Shown here one piece after another: positions 34,535-47,142 of a stretch of DNA of 64,000 bases. Position numbers and translations under genes: made by a program. Source of the stretch: Williopsis jadinii (taxonomy: Eukaryota); the NCBI GenBank assembly GCA_024346625.1, contig AP024667.1, positions 620,001 through 684,000 of the forward strand, written 5' to 3'. Under the pieces are notes generated by a model that was given only the letters and a program-made list of their open reading frames with translations, was not told where the DNA came from and made no database searches. The first letter of the stretch is position 1, and the number at the start of each line of letters is the position of its first letter.

Positions 34535-37500
34535 AGATTGTGGTATCTCTCAATCTGCCCAACATCTGGACCATTTCACCTGAATTATATCTTTGTAGAA
34601 GAGAAGCGTTCCAGTATTCAGGTGAAGAATACGCCTTCGTGGACAAACTTCCTTTTGAAGCAGCTCTCCGCCTAGGTGGCCAATGTTATGGTTCTACCCA
34701 CATTACGCTTTGTGTGAAGGAATGTTCAGCCAATAACAAGGTTCTAGTAAGTTGGGGACATAACATCAATGTAACCATCACTGATCTATCGTAGAAGCGT
34801 ATGTCTGGGCAGTCGGATAAACAAAGACTACGATGCATATTGGGGTCTCTAGAGGCAGATTGAGCTAATGCTACAGCATCCTCAGATTTGCATACGCGCG
34901 TGTGCACTGTGTATGTAACATGTATGTAAATTAAGTCCCCTACGGGAATGAATTGGTACATACAATCTGGGTTACGTGGGTCCATGTCGGTATTCACTGT
35001 GCTCTGTTGATCATGATGTCAATACGGTCGATAAATCCTCAGTAGTTATAAGAGTCGTAAGTCATTATTCAACTTGGAAAGCTCTCAGAAGCTAGCTGAG
35101 GGGAGATAGCCTACAATTGGCATAGAGGTACGCTGAAACCGATACAATATGTAACTTTAGACGTGCACACTACGCTTTAACCGTGTAGTACATGCATGCG
35201 TGAGTTGTTTGTAGTTCACGCGCAGTGTAAATAATGAATAGCTACGCTGTAGAGGTTACCACGATAGAACATGTCTACCTCATATGCTTAGATCATAAAA
35301 AATACACCATAAAGTTTATGTGCTTCACTCTGCACGCTGCGCCAATCTATGTTGTATAGGTTCGAATGTCTGAGGACAGTTGTGACTCACTAGTCCAATG
35401 GCAAGCAAGTACGGGACGAACAGTAAAGATATGTTCTTAACAGTAAAGGCTTTTAAGAATTGGCTTTGCGGATTGTAACTGGCTCGTAAAAGATACGGGC
35501 ATCATATCAAACAGACCTCTCCGCTCGAACTATCCATTCGACGGCTCTTTTTTTCTGAGCAGCGTTCTTAAACTAAAGCTATCATCGGAACACATTTAAT
35601 ATGGCAGTTGAAGCAGACAATGTGAAGGTCATTCAGTTGAGCATCAAAAGGGATCACTGCTTGGCATCATCCATTACAGCAGGTTGAATGCAGTGAGCAT
35701 AGACCCTTCTGTCTTGTCAAGAAGTGTAGCTCTGTATAAACAGTGCCGCTGCCTCCAAAAATAAATGGTACTGCCATATGCGGTCTTCGTTGACTCAGGC
35801 CGCGGATGAACACCTGGAACATCCAAAAATGAAAGCGTGGCCGCCCGTTACGATTGTCCAATTACAAGTGGCAAATCAGCGCACTTTGAATTACAAACTT
35901 GTGAAGAGTTGTCAGCATTCTCATCATTCCTATTAGTTTGATGTTTAGTTGGTCTCGGCCGGCACCTGCACAGTACTTAGGAACTGAAGTATCAGACCAA
36001 CAGCTTCTTGAAAACGCAAGATCAAATATCCGGTCAGTCTGTACGCATATTGCAGGTGCTTTGAGAAGGCACGAAAGGTTAATTTAACTTACAACATCAG
36101 TCTTCCACATACCAAATACGCACATTCAATCTCAGCAAGGAGTTGAAACTATCATGTGTACATAAAGGGGGGAAATAAGATACATGTCATATGTAGCTAA
36201 AGGGTTGAGGCAACAATACACTCCTGCTTTTTACAGCGGAATGAGCCTGGCTATCTGGATGAACGAGTCCATCACGAACTAAAGTTATTAATATCTTTTC
36301 CTTCAATTTCTAACCATTTCGCCTCCGGATAACGACCAATCACAAAAGATCGACGTCACGATCATTTTTTCCAAATCCCCCTTTTGATGTCTGACAAACT
36401 GAAAACAAAATTGCCATAGCAGTTATGCAGCTGTATGTTCACTTCTAGGGCGCCGTGTAGAAATCTAATGATCCAATCATATTTCCGTTTTTTTGCGGTG
36501 TGTTGTTTTTTTTGTTTTCTGTGATCTCGAATCTTCTACAAAACACCCTTGATGAGGAATTTCGGCTGTGATCGCTCCTCCTTCCCGACTATTATTGTAA
36601 AGAATGGAGTCAACGTCATTAGAATATCACGTAGATATAAGTAAACAACGTAGGTACATATGTATATGATGTTTACCCACGATGGCACATTAACGGCGAT
36701 GAATACATATGTACCCTTCGCCAACTTGAAGTTGAGTTACTGGGTGCGTGCTTCACTTGTCGGTACAGATTTGCAAGTCCCAAATTTCCAACAACTTGCA
36801 GCAGCAAAATTTGGCAAGTGTGCGGAAAAAAGGCAATTGCTGAGCGGGGAGGGTTAAAACGCCTAAAAATGTAGACCGAAACTGTATGTACGTCACCGTT
36901 CACGTCAGCACATGAGGAAAATTAATTGGAAATACGGAAATTTAAAGCGAAAGGGCAAATAAGCAATTGACACTGTCATAAATGCAAACCAATAGCGTGT
37001 GGTTGCTAGGCACTGGGAATGAGCCCTACACAATGTGGAATTGTGGCGATGATATCATATCATCCATGCATTCATAAATTCCTCTCCTCAACAAAACCAA
37101 AACACAAAACTTTTTGCACAGCTTGCCATCGGGCGATTACATCTAGAGCGTAATCTCTCAGCAGCTTGTACGAAAGGTTTGCCAGCGCATGAGTAAACTC
37201 TATGCGTATTAATGTATTCCTGGGCCTATCCCCTGTGCTTTTACCGTGTCTGTTTCTAGGTGAAGTTGTGCTGGCGCCTTGCTCTGGCCGTAAATTCGTA
37301 CATTTTGTTTTCCGGTTGTCCCAGTAACGCCGCATGACCCTACACTCCCGCAGGGTTAATAAAAAGTCTAAAAAAATTTTCGGTTTGTGTTGCTCGGTCG
37401 GTGCTGCGGTGCAGTGCGCCGCGTTGGTCGCTTCAACGAAAATGCACAGGGGAAACCTATTTTTTGTCGGTTTTTTCTCTTTTCCTTCACCATCAACAAC

Positions 37501-37659
37501 CTCTATAATCAACAACAACAGACCAGTTCCCTCTTCCTCTGTCTTCTATTGGCCTTCCTCTTATAACCATAGGACTTGTCTTAAAAACTACTTATCAAAT
37601 TCTATTTGAGTCTGAGTGAAAACTATCAAGTAAGAGTTCTCCGGTCTTAATCAATTGCT

Positions 37660-39282
37660 ATGTCTTTGCCTCCAATCAAGTCTATTGATTCCACCATTCC
37701 AGACGGTGGAGCATCCCAGGATGTCAACAATGGTTCTAACAACACCAACCACGTTACGACAGATAACGGTGCTGGTAACGATGCCAATGGAGCTAATGGC
37801 GGCGGCTCCAAGTCCGGTGCCACTGGTGCATCTGCTGGTGTAAACAACACAACTGCTGGTCCGAACTCGACTATTGGTGCTGGAAACTACCAAGATCCTA
37901 AGAACGGTAACCTTTCTCAGATCAACAACCAAGCAGATGATCCATACCGCTACTCCCAGCAACAAAATCAGTCACATCAACAACAGCAGATGCCGGGTAC
38001 TCAGCAATATCCGTACTACGCTTATCAGCCGGTGTACTCTCAACCTCAACAACAATCCCAGCCAGCGGGTCAATCTCAACAAACCCAGCAAGCTCAACAA
38101 TACCAAGGCCAATACCCTGCTTATTACCAATCCAGTGCCGGCTCTGCTGTTGGCTCAACAACGGCTGCTGCTTCATCTCAGCAGGTTAGTTCTTCTTCCT
38201 ACCCAGACTACTCCAACTACTCCAGAATGAACTATGTTCAAACTTACAACCCTGCTGTCTACGGTCAGAACGTTGTTGGAGGTGTCCCAGCTACCGGATC
38301 CATCAATGGTGCCACTGCTGGTGCACAAACCACCCCTTCCCAGATGACTAACGTCACCGCTAGTGGAATTGGCCAAGTCCAACCAGTTGGCTCCAGACCA
38401 AGAGTCACCACAACCATGTGGGAAGATGAGAAAACCTTGTGTTACCAGGTCGACGCCAATAACGTTTCTGTTGTCAGAAGAGCTGATAACAACATGATCA
38501 ATGGTACTAAGCTGTTGAACGTTGCTCACATGACTAGAGGTAGACGTGATGGTATCCTAAAATCTGAAAAGGTTCGTGATGTTGTGAAAATTGGATCCAT
38601 GCACTTGAAGGGTGTTTGGATTCCATTTGAAAGAGCTCTTGCTATGGCCCAGCGTGAAGGAATTGTTGATCTCTTGTACCCACTTTTCGTCAGAGACATT
38701 AAACAAGTCATTCAACAAGGTTCTACAACGCAACCTCAACAGAACCCACCAGCTTGGGGCTACCAGCAACAAACCGCTGCAACTGGTGCTGCTGCTGGGA
38801 CCCAAGCTTTGACCCAAAGCAACGGTGCAACCTCCAGCGTTTCCTCTGCTCCAGGAACCACCACTCAGATCAAACAGTCCAACTCCCCATATATGACACC
38901 GTCATCATTGAACTCCGGTTCTAACTTGGATTCTAAGGCCTCTGGAGCACAATCTGTTCAACCATCTACTCAAACCTACCAACAACCACAAACACAGCAA
39001 CCTGGTCAAGGGGCTCAATCTCAACAACAGGGCTTGCCACAACATGTCCAACAACAAAACTATTACAGCTATGCATACTACCCACCTTATCAATACGGTT
39101 ATGGCTATGGCGCCTCTAGTGGCTTACCACAGGGCAGCACAGGCTCGGGTGCCAGTGCTGTTGCCGGCTCTAACGCTGGAACCAACGCTGCAGCTGCTTC
39201 ACAGTACCAATATCCTCAGTACAGCTACGGTTATATGCCACAGTATCAGTCCTCACAGTACGATGATCAAAAGGAGAAGTGA
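37660..39282 (+). CDS. SOK2: APSES transcription factor (Sok2/Phd1/Efg1 orthologue)
   Basis: [19 protein letters not shown]...[32 protein letters not shown] domain flanked by Q/Y-rich regions. Confidence 0.93.
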   Translation: MSLPPIKSIDSTIPDGGASQDVNNGSNNTNHVTTDNGAGNDANGANGGGSKSGATGASAGVNNTTAGPNSTIGAGNYQDPKNGNLSQINNQADDPYRYSQQQNQSHQQQQMPGTQQYPYYAYQPVYSQPQQQSQPAGQSQQTQQAQQYQGQYPAYYQSSAGSAVGSTTAAASSQQVSSSSYPDYSNYSRMNYVQTYNPAVYGQNVVGGVPATGSINGATAGAQTTPSQMTNVTASGIGQVQPVGSRPRVTTTMWEDEKTLCYQVDANNVSVVRRADNNMINGTKLLNVAHMTRGRRDGILKSEKVRDVVKIGSMHLKGVWIPFERALAMAQREGIVDLLYPLFVRDIKQVIQQGSTTQPQQNPPAWGYQQQTAATGAAAGTQALTQSNGATSSVSSAPGTTTQIKQSNSPYMTPSSLNSGSNLDSKASGAQSVQPSTQTYQQPQTQQPGQGAQSQQQGLPQHVQQQNYYSYAYYPPYQYGYGYGASSGLPQGSTGSGASAVAGSNAGTNAAAASQYQYPQYSYGYMPQYQSSQYDDQKEK

Positions 39283-40913
39283 GTCGTTCCTGTGTTAATT
39301 CTTGCTCTTCTCTGATGATGCCCACGAATCTTGTCCTCTCTTGTTAAACATCTTCTCTACTGTTAGTAGAGAAGCTTCTTTTATAATTGCTTTCTCGCCT
39401 ATTATTGTTTGTCTGCTTTTCTCCTCTGCTCATTGGTTGATTTTCTCCACCATTCTGGCATGAGTTTGGGCTTACTTTTATACCTTCTTCCGGGCTCTAT
39501 AAAGTGTAATCGTGTTGATCTATACAGAATGTGTATTATTAAAATAGTTATGAATTCTCGTCTTTCTAGTTCTTGAGACTCAGGGCCTTCACCTGTATGC
39601 AAATCACAGCCTACAGTGCGTAGTAGATGGTCTGTAGATAAAGCTGTACTCGACGCGTCGTCCATCTTAGCGTGATCGTACTACTGCCATGTATGAAACG
39701 CGGACATGATGTATGGCCAATCTTGTGCCCTGGTTGCTTTCCCACTCCCAAGCATTCTCGGTAATATGAGTGATATGCCATGCAATCGATTGTGCACTTG
39801 TTGCACCTGTAGCGTAGGACGTGGTGCCTACGCTTCAACTAACCGCTAAGACTGCAATGTTGACAGATCACAGCAAGGAAGCTCCTCAAGCACAAAGTCT
39901 AAACAATAACTCGTTACACCCGTAACCCACGTCAATGGGAAAACGCACTGTTGTTCCTGGCGCTGATAGCAAGAGGACATCTCGCTGGAGACACTGGACA
40001 GACGCACAACGCATCATGTGCCGCGTGCGCAACGTTGTGAATATTTGCCAGTACAGGCTACATACACATGACATACCAAAACCATTCACCTCTCTACATG
40101 CCCTTGAAAGCCCTACCAAAAAGCTTATCTTGCAAGGCCTGACTGCACAGAAGGAACCAGGTTTGAATCAACTCATGTTGCGGATATTGCTTCGCGTACA
40201 GAAGGGCATCCACTGTGAGGTGGGCAGACACACAGCTGCTTGGACATGGATACGAAGAGCAGTTAGGGTCAAAGCAGGCGGCGCCTAGGAGGCGGTGGAG
40301 TGCGTTGCTCGAATATCACGTTACAATTTAAACTCCAAGCCAACCCCTATTGGTTTGAGGTGGCACACGGGTAATGGCCATTCAAGTTCCATGAGCTGGC
40401 AGTCCTGCGGAGCACTTCGTCAGTACACTTGAAGGCGAAAGACAGAAGGAGGAAATTGTTTGCTCATTGGCACTAGCCAGGCAAAGGTTATGGTTAGAGT
40501 TGTGGATAGAATTGTGGTTGAATGCTGTTGAAAGCAGTGTCAGTAGGGGTGTCGTAGTTGTTGACCACTATTGATATACCGTTGCGGTTCAGTTGAGGTT
40601 GGTGGGTATAGTGGCAACGTGAAACTCGCTGAGACGTGAATAGACCACCAAAAGTCTCCCTGAGATGGTTGGCTCGCATGGCATTCACCTCGGCGATCAT
40701 CATTTTATACTCTTACAGCTGTGTAAGTCATACTAACCAGAAAGTATTACCGTGTAATTCAGTAAATCTATATATATATAACCCGCCAAAATTTGTATAA
40801 GAATCCCCAAAGTGTATAGTTGTATATGATTGTGATTTAAAAGCAAAGATAGAGAGGGACAACAAATCGAGCACAAAACATAGAAACCTGTTCCCTTGTG
40901 TCTCAAGCTGCAC

Positions 40914-41951
40914 TCAACCCCTATGGTCCACGCCTGGCAAGTCTAAACTTCTAATACTTGGAAGTGTAACCTGAGGTGTTGCAGCACTTAACTTTGGACT
41001 CTGTAAAGGTGTAGACAATGGAGTCTCTTGTAGATGGAACATTGGTGGTGAATTTGGTCTTGATTTCTTATGAATGTGGTCCATTGTTGTCATTGAACAA
41101 TCTTGTAGAGAGGAAAGTGTCGTCAAAGAGTGAGAAGTTCTTAAAGAGGATGGAACTTGGCCCACAGGCGCCACTATTGGAGTCATACGTTTCAAATTAG
41201 ACAGTGCGTTCAAGGGATTGTGCTGTTGATGGCCCAATGAGTAGAGCGAAGTTGAAGAGTTTGACTTTGAAGACAAGGCACTCAGATTGGTAGAAGAGTT
41301 GTTTGGAGATGAAAACAACGAGGATGTTTGAAACGACGTGGATGAAGTCGACTTCAAAATCTTTGGTGGAGATTGGATGTTTGGTAATATCACCTGCTTG
41401 TTAGCGCCTTGGAACAGTGAGGGTGGTGGAACAGCAAATTGGCCTTGTTGTGGTAACGTGCCCACTGGTGTGAAGTATCCACTCTGTGGGGACTGTAATT
41501 GTGAGGATGATGAAGAGAATGGCAGCTGCTGAGGAGCGCTAATCTGCTGTGCTGTTGGTATTGTTGGTTGTGGTTGTGACTGTGGTAGAAATTGTTGTTG
41601 CTGTGGTTGTGGTTGTAGTGGTGGTGGTGGTGGTGGTGGCTGTTGTTGCATAGCCTGTGCCATAGGTTGGACATAGTAAGTCACTGGCTGATTGACCACT
41701 TGGTACTGCGATGACTTACCACTCTTTCTCACTCTGGTGTTCGAGTGAATCCGCGTGTGTCTTGTGAGCTCGTCAGATCTGCTGAACTTCTTCGAACAAA
41801 AAGTACACTGGAAAGGCTTCTCGCCTGTGTGAATTCTCATGTGTCGGGTCTGATGTTCCAGTCTGTGGAAGGCCTTGTTACAAACGGTACACACGTAGGG
41901 ACGAGTTGGATCCTCCGGCGTTGCCATTGCCACGTTATCTTTATCCGTCAT
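40914..41951 (-). CDS. MIG1: Mig1/CreA-family C2H2 glucose repressor, 345 aa
   Basis: [21 protein letters not shown]...[10 protein letters not shown] fingers; KSRPNSP; C-terminal LPSIRSL effector motif. Confidence 0.88.
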   Translation of the reverse strand: MTDKDNVAMATPEDPTRPYVCTVCNKAFHRLEHQTRHMRIHTGEKPFQCTFCSKKFSRSDELTRHTRIHSNTRVRKSGKSSQYQVVNQPVTYYVQPMAQAMQQQPPPPPPPLQPQPQQQQFLPQSQPQPTIPTAQQISAPQQLPFSSSSSQLQSPQSGYFTPVGTLPQQGQFAVPPPSLFQGANKQVILPNIQSPPKILKSTSSTSFQTSSLFSSPNNSSTNLSALSSKSNSSTSLYSLGHQQHNPLNALSNLKRMTPIVAPVGQVPSSLRTSHSLTTLSSLQDCSMTTMDHIHKKSRPNSPPMFHLQETPLSTPLQSPKLSAATPQVTLPSIRSLDLPGVDHRG

Positions 41952-43477
41952 TCTTCTACTGATACGTGGTATTGTATGTAAGTCTCCTGTGCGTTACCAA
42001 ACGGTTGTCGAACTTGTGTAGAGCCTATGATTGTTGTGCGTGATGAGGTTTATGAGTGTGGTGTCGTTAGCCAAAGAAGGGGAATTTTTATGGGAGGAGA
42101 TGAATTCCAGGGCCACTCGCCGTATATAAATCCCCAGGTGACGGGCAGAAGAAAAACACACACAAAAAAATGGGCGCTAACAAGTGCCCTTCGGAAAAAA
42201 GAAACGACGCCCAAGCGTCCGGAAAAACTTTTCTCACTATGCCACCATGCGGAGTTTGCAGCACCGGAATAACTTTAAACGCTCAGCTCACAGGAGTCAG
42301 AACACCAACAACACAAGTTTCTCCTGCTTGTCTGTTTTTTCTTGTAGATAAGTTGTGTCCACCAACTTATGAGGTGGCGGTTTGTCGATTTCAATCATTT
42401 ATGGGTCATCAACTTTAGAGATATCCCCCATTCACAGGGTTAGTTGACGAAGATCTTCTTATGCTCAGCTACATTTGAAACTGGAGATGGAAAGTGTATC
42501 TGTCCCTTGCTCCATCGTCCAGAAAAAATTAGCTCGTAGTCCCGCGATTGTGGAGCGTCGATCACGATGCTGGTTGTGCATATCTTATACAATCACAGAG
42601 AACCAGTGACCAAGGGCTTAGCGACAAACTGGCCAGGTTTGCCCGCACGCAGTGGTCGCATCGGAATTTCTAGTGCTGCAAAATTCTACCTGTGGAAGTT
42701 CAAACGTCTTTTTGTGGTTGCATTTTAGAACGGTGCCCTTGTTCGTGCCCCCATGGGGGGCGGGTATCGGCAGCTTGTGAAGCGAGGCTATGCGACAAGT
42801 TTCCATAGAGCCGGAACATTAGAAACGAGCGCTGTCTAAAAGCAACGTGTAAACGATCAAAAACAGCACTAACTCGTTTGGTTGTTCCATGTGACCACTG
42901 TATTTGGAATTTCGGCTGGAACGACAAGATTAGAGATTATGGATTATGGTTTGCTGTGCGTTAACTTCCGCAATCTACGTGTGCGATGTGATTCATACTG
43001 CAATTTCATCGTTCAACGTAGCCTATTTCTCATTTGCCCAAACTTACATGTTAGCATTCAGTGATTGAATGTACAGACGTTCTGGTCCCTCTTTCTCTGT
43101 GTATTTACGTCTCCATTCAATTCTGAAATGAATAGGTGAAGAAAACAGCACATCCGGATTTGCTGTCCTACATACCATTTATTTCAACGGAAACTTCGAA
43201 ATTTACTAGATATTCACACACTATGGAACCATTGATGAGGACCCCAAGGTTCTTGAAGTGAACTACATAAACTCGAGATGGCCGCCACTTGCTCGCTAAC
43301 CTCTGAGCGTGGCAAAACTGATGGTCTTAGTTGTCCCAAGATCAACAGCTTGGGCTTTACACGGCACTGGTGTCAAAGGCAGCATGCTCTCTGGATCTTA
43401 CGATATACAAAAACAACAGCTACAAGCTTCACCTGTGATTCCAATTCCTGTCTGAGGAAACCTCATCTATTCATGCT

Positions 43478-44023
43478 TCATTTCTTGAACCCTGGTGGTG
43501 GGTTGAATCCCTTTGGAGCGCCTGTGAACCCGCCAGTGGTGCGGATAGGACCACTCACCTTTGCAACTCCACCTATCGAGTATGTACCCTTTAAAGGCTT
43601 AATCACACCAGACCCTGTCTTCATCTGTTTCAACTTCGAGCCTTGGTTCACAGGTGGTGCCTCTATGGTTACACTTATAACGGTCTCGCCCCTCAAGATT
43701 ATCAGCCCCAATTTACGTCTCTGCTCCTGTATAAGCTCAGATTCCGGTTTCTCTGAAGATTTGTCCCTTGCACGGTCTTTTAACGATAGCATGGATTTCT
43801 TTGTCAGTCTGAACTCTGCCGCGTCAGCCAGAACAAGGTTATAGTGCTTGTCGAATGCTAATAGTTCTCCAATGATTTGACGAGAATCCGTCGTTATCAC
43901 TTTCACTCTATAGTGGATGATATCTCTCAGTCTAGCCTTCTTTGAAGCTCCAATAGGCGCCTTTAGTACAGGTGTTAGTATACCAATGACAGTTCAAGAG
44001 TTGTTGATAAAGAGTCTTACCAT
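43478..44023 (-). CDS. SMB1: Sm core protein SmB, 161 aa; exon 1 is the ATG (44023-44021), exon 2 is 43960-43478
   Basis: Sm1 (IIGELLAFDKHYNLVL) and Sm2 (RKLGLIILRGETVISVT) motifs; 60-nt GTAAGA...TACTAAC...AAG intron. Confidence 0.93.
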
Positions 44024-44276
44024 TTTTTTTCCTTTGCTGCTGTTTAATATCCGTTAACTGGGTTACTGGTGATGTTTCTCTTTGGCTTGTTTACAATGTT
44101 TAAAAGTTTTTTTTCTCTTTCTCCCCAAGCTGTAGAAACACAAAATGGAAAATTGGCGTAGCAACGAACGAAAAGCAAAACGCGAAAAAAACACACACAA
44201 AACACAAACAAAACCCTCTCTTCACAGCTGTTTTGTTGATCTATTTTCAATCAGCTACACACACAATTTGGACACA

Positions 44277-44747
44277 ATGTCAGAAGAAACTAAACCAGTC
44301 GAAGTTCCTAAAGAAGAGATCTCAAAGGAGGAGACCACTAAGGAAACCGTTGAGAAACCGGTTGAGAATTCAACAACAGAGTCAACCACCACGGGTGAAT
44401 CCAACTCCAAACGTCAAGCTGAAGGTGGTGAAGCAAAGAAGGAGAAGAAACGTCGTCGTAGACAGTACGATGACGTTCCAGATGAGCCTGAGGAGGAGGA
44501 CGAGGATGAAGATGATGAAGACGATGAGAAATTGGATGCCAAACTGGAAGAGGAAGGTGATGAGGAAGAAGATGACCTTGCGGAGATTGACACTTCAAAC
44601 ATCATAACCACGGGGAGAAGAACCAGAGGTAAAGTCATCGACTATGCAAAGACGGCTGCTCAGCTGGACAACGAAGCTGGAAAGGCCACAGGTGCTAAGG
44701 AAGATGAAGACGACGACGATGCTGACTTCAAGGATCCTTCAAAATAA
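44277..44747 (+). CDS. CHZ1: H2A.Z histone chaperone Chz1
   Basis: CHZ motif DDLAEIDTSNIITTGRRTRGKVIDYAK; acidic; ATG 44277 preferred to 44145. Confidence 0.93.
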   Translation: MSEETKPVEVPKEEISKEETTKETVEKPVENSTTESTTTGESNSKRQAEGGEAKKEKKRRRRQYDDVPDEPEEEDEDEDDEDDEKLDAKLEEEGDEEEDDLAEIDTSNIITTGRRTRGKVIDYAKTAAQLDNEAGKATGAKEDEDDDDADFKDPSK

Positions 44748-44858
44748 GAACATACACTACACTATGTCATTGTTTCTTTAAGAATCCTCAAGATTGTTTG
44801 TAGTTTATATTATTGTACAGGCCTGATATAATGATGTTTGTCTTTGAAGGTACAATTC

Positions 44859-45813
44859 TCAACAGCAGTTGCTCTTATGCTTGTTTGACTCTGCCCCTGG
44901 GGTTGGTGTCAAGGAGATTGTCTGTCCAGTTGGAGGCTTTGCTCCCGAGTAGTCGGACAAGTCTAGCTGGTTCTTCTTGACCATGTTGTAGATGGCTTTG
45001 GCAACTTGCTCAAAGGACAAATCAACGTTATCTGCGTTCAAAGCAGACGTCTCTGTAAAGAGGAGCTGGTTCTCAGCAGCAAAGTGCTTAGCCTCCTCTG
45101 TTGGTACACCTCTCAAGTGTTCCAAGTCTGACTTGTTTCCAACCAACTCAACAACCAAGTTATCATCGGCGTGGTCTTTAAGCTCTTTGAGCCATTTGCT
45201 AACGTTCTCATAAGTCTCTGGTTTGGTGATGTCGTACACGATAAGCGCACCCATGGCGCCTCTGTAGTAGGCACTTGTTATGGCCCTGTAACGCTCCTGA
45301 CCAGCGGTATCCCAGATCTGTGCTTTCAACTTCTTGCCATCAACCTCCAAAGTCTTTGTGGCAAATTCAACACCAATCGTGGACTTGGAGTCCAAGTTGA
45401 ATCCGTTACGGGTGAATCTCGAGAGTAAATTGGACTTTCCAACACCTGAGTCTCCAATAAGGACAACTAAAACACTGTTAGTACCGTCTATTTATGTTTA
45501 CCGCAGTGTAGATCGCTTCCACGGTTCGCCCTCGCTGCTGTTCCCTGGCCTTCGTCCTTCGCTTTTCGCCCTTCGCTGTTCATCATTGGCCCTTCCCTGT
45601 AACGCTACTCTTCCCCGTTCTGTGTGTACCTACAACATCCACGCTGGAAAAAGTGGACAACGGGTGCAAGACAAAGGGGAGCCCAGAACAGGCAACACCA
45701 ACAAGGGAAACACAAAAAAAACCTCCGCTTCTACACTGGGAAGGAAGATCCATAGTGTACATACTCTTGAGAAGATAGTCGTAGTCGTACGCATAATCCT
45801 CCATATCAGCCAT
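44859..45813 (-). CDS. YPT31: Rab11-family GTPase, 218 aa; exons 45813-45765 and 45466-44859
   Basis: [46 protein letters not shown]-terminal CC; 298-nt GTATGT...TACTAAC...TAG intron. Confidence 0.96.
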
Positions 45814-47142
45814 CGTTGATATTTTTGTTGTTTGTGTGAGTTGTATGTGAGTTGGTTTTTCCTGTTTTCTGAATTGTTATGTGTTTATCTGTGATTTTCC
45901 ACCAAATGAATTCCTTTCTGTGTCCTTTTTCTTTGGTTTGTGGTTGGTGTTTTTTCGCAGTGGAACGAGAAGAAAGTTTGTTTGTTTCCGTGTAGTTGGT
46001 TTTTGGTAAAGGGGCAACACACACTGGTCTTTTGAGTCTAATTTTGGTGACGGTCTCGTTCTGGTTTGTAGAAGAAACGATATTAAGTAACGGGTATTGA
46101 ACGCAGGACTTGTTCCTACGATTTTACTATACGCCAGTTGGTTTGTGGGTGGTTGATATTAGTTAAAACCACACCGACGGGCACGGTACATTGCGTCGTG
46201 TGGACGAACAGGTTATAAATGGACATTCGCGCGCCTCAGTATGTGTGTTGAGGGGTTACCCGGGGGCTCGATACCTACTATATCCAGCGCTATATTGTAA
46301 ACTGGTAGTCCCCATGGTTTCAGCTTAGCACAAAGAATTCCAGTGAGTTGTATAGTCATTATGGTATCCAGCTAAGTTAATTGGTCATGTGCTCTATGAT
46401 TGTGAAGATTGTTCCTAAATCGCCTTAGACTTGGCTGATTTATTTTCATGGTATTTCCCTTGTATAACAAGTGCAATGTAAGCACTGTACAGAATAATCT
46501 GGCTTCATACAACAAGTGGCATCACTACAGTCTATTGTATCTATACCCATTTCAATTGCTTAGTACTTGAAATTATTGTCTGGTACCCAAGGTTCATGGA
46601 GATCCCATTAGTTCCAAAATGTAGAAACGCTCAGAGCTTTGAGATGTTCAACGTTGGTGATATATACATATCTCTTACACAGATGATTTATCGAATACTG
46701 TAAGTTGTTGCATTGATCATAAATACTACTATGTACACCAATGGTCACTCTTGGTAAGTACCTTATTTATAAGAATTCTGTACATTTAAATCAAAATGAG
46801 GTGATAGAAAAGAAGAAAATATCGAAACGTTTTCATTTCTAACTTTTACCATAACAAAATGTAAGAAATATTATTATAAAAATCTCTACATTTGACACCA
46901 AAACAAGTAATCAAATATAAAACTCAACTGAATAAATTGATCCCAATGAAAACATTTCAGCATGCTTCTTTCGGGTTCAACTAGGGATCCTTTGGAGACA
47001 CTTTTGTTATTGTTAATATAAAACTTACATGCACCTAGAGAACATGCCTTGAAACATCCAAACACCAACTTCAATCAGCTGGGTTAGCTACGGATCACAA
47101 GTTGAAATCACTAAGTGTTGATCATATTATACGACTTTACAT

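Noticed and set aside
46300..47140. AT-rich stretch as possible point centromere or origin
   Set aside because: No CDEI/CDEIII pair; consistent with the terminator region of the coiled-coil gene
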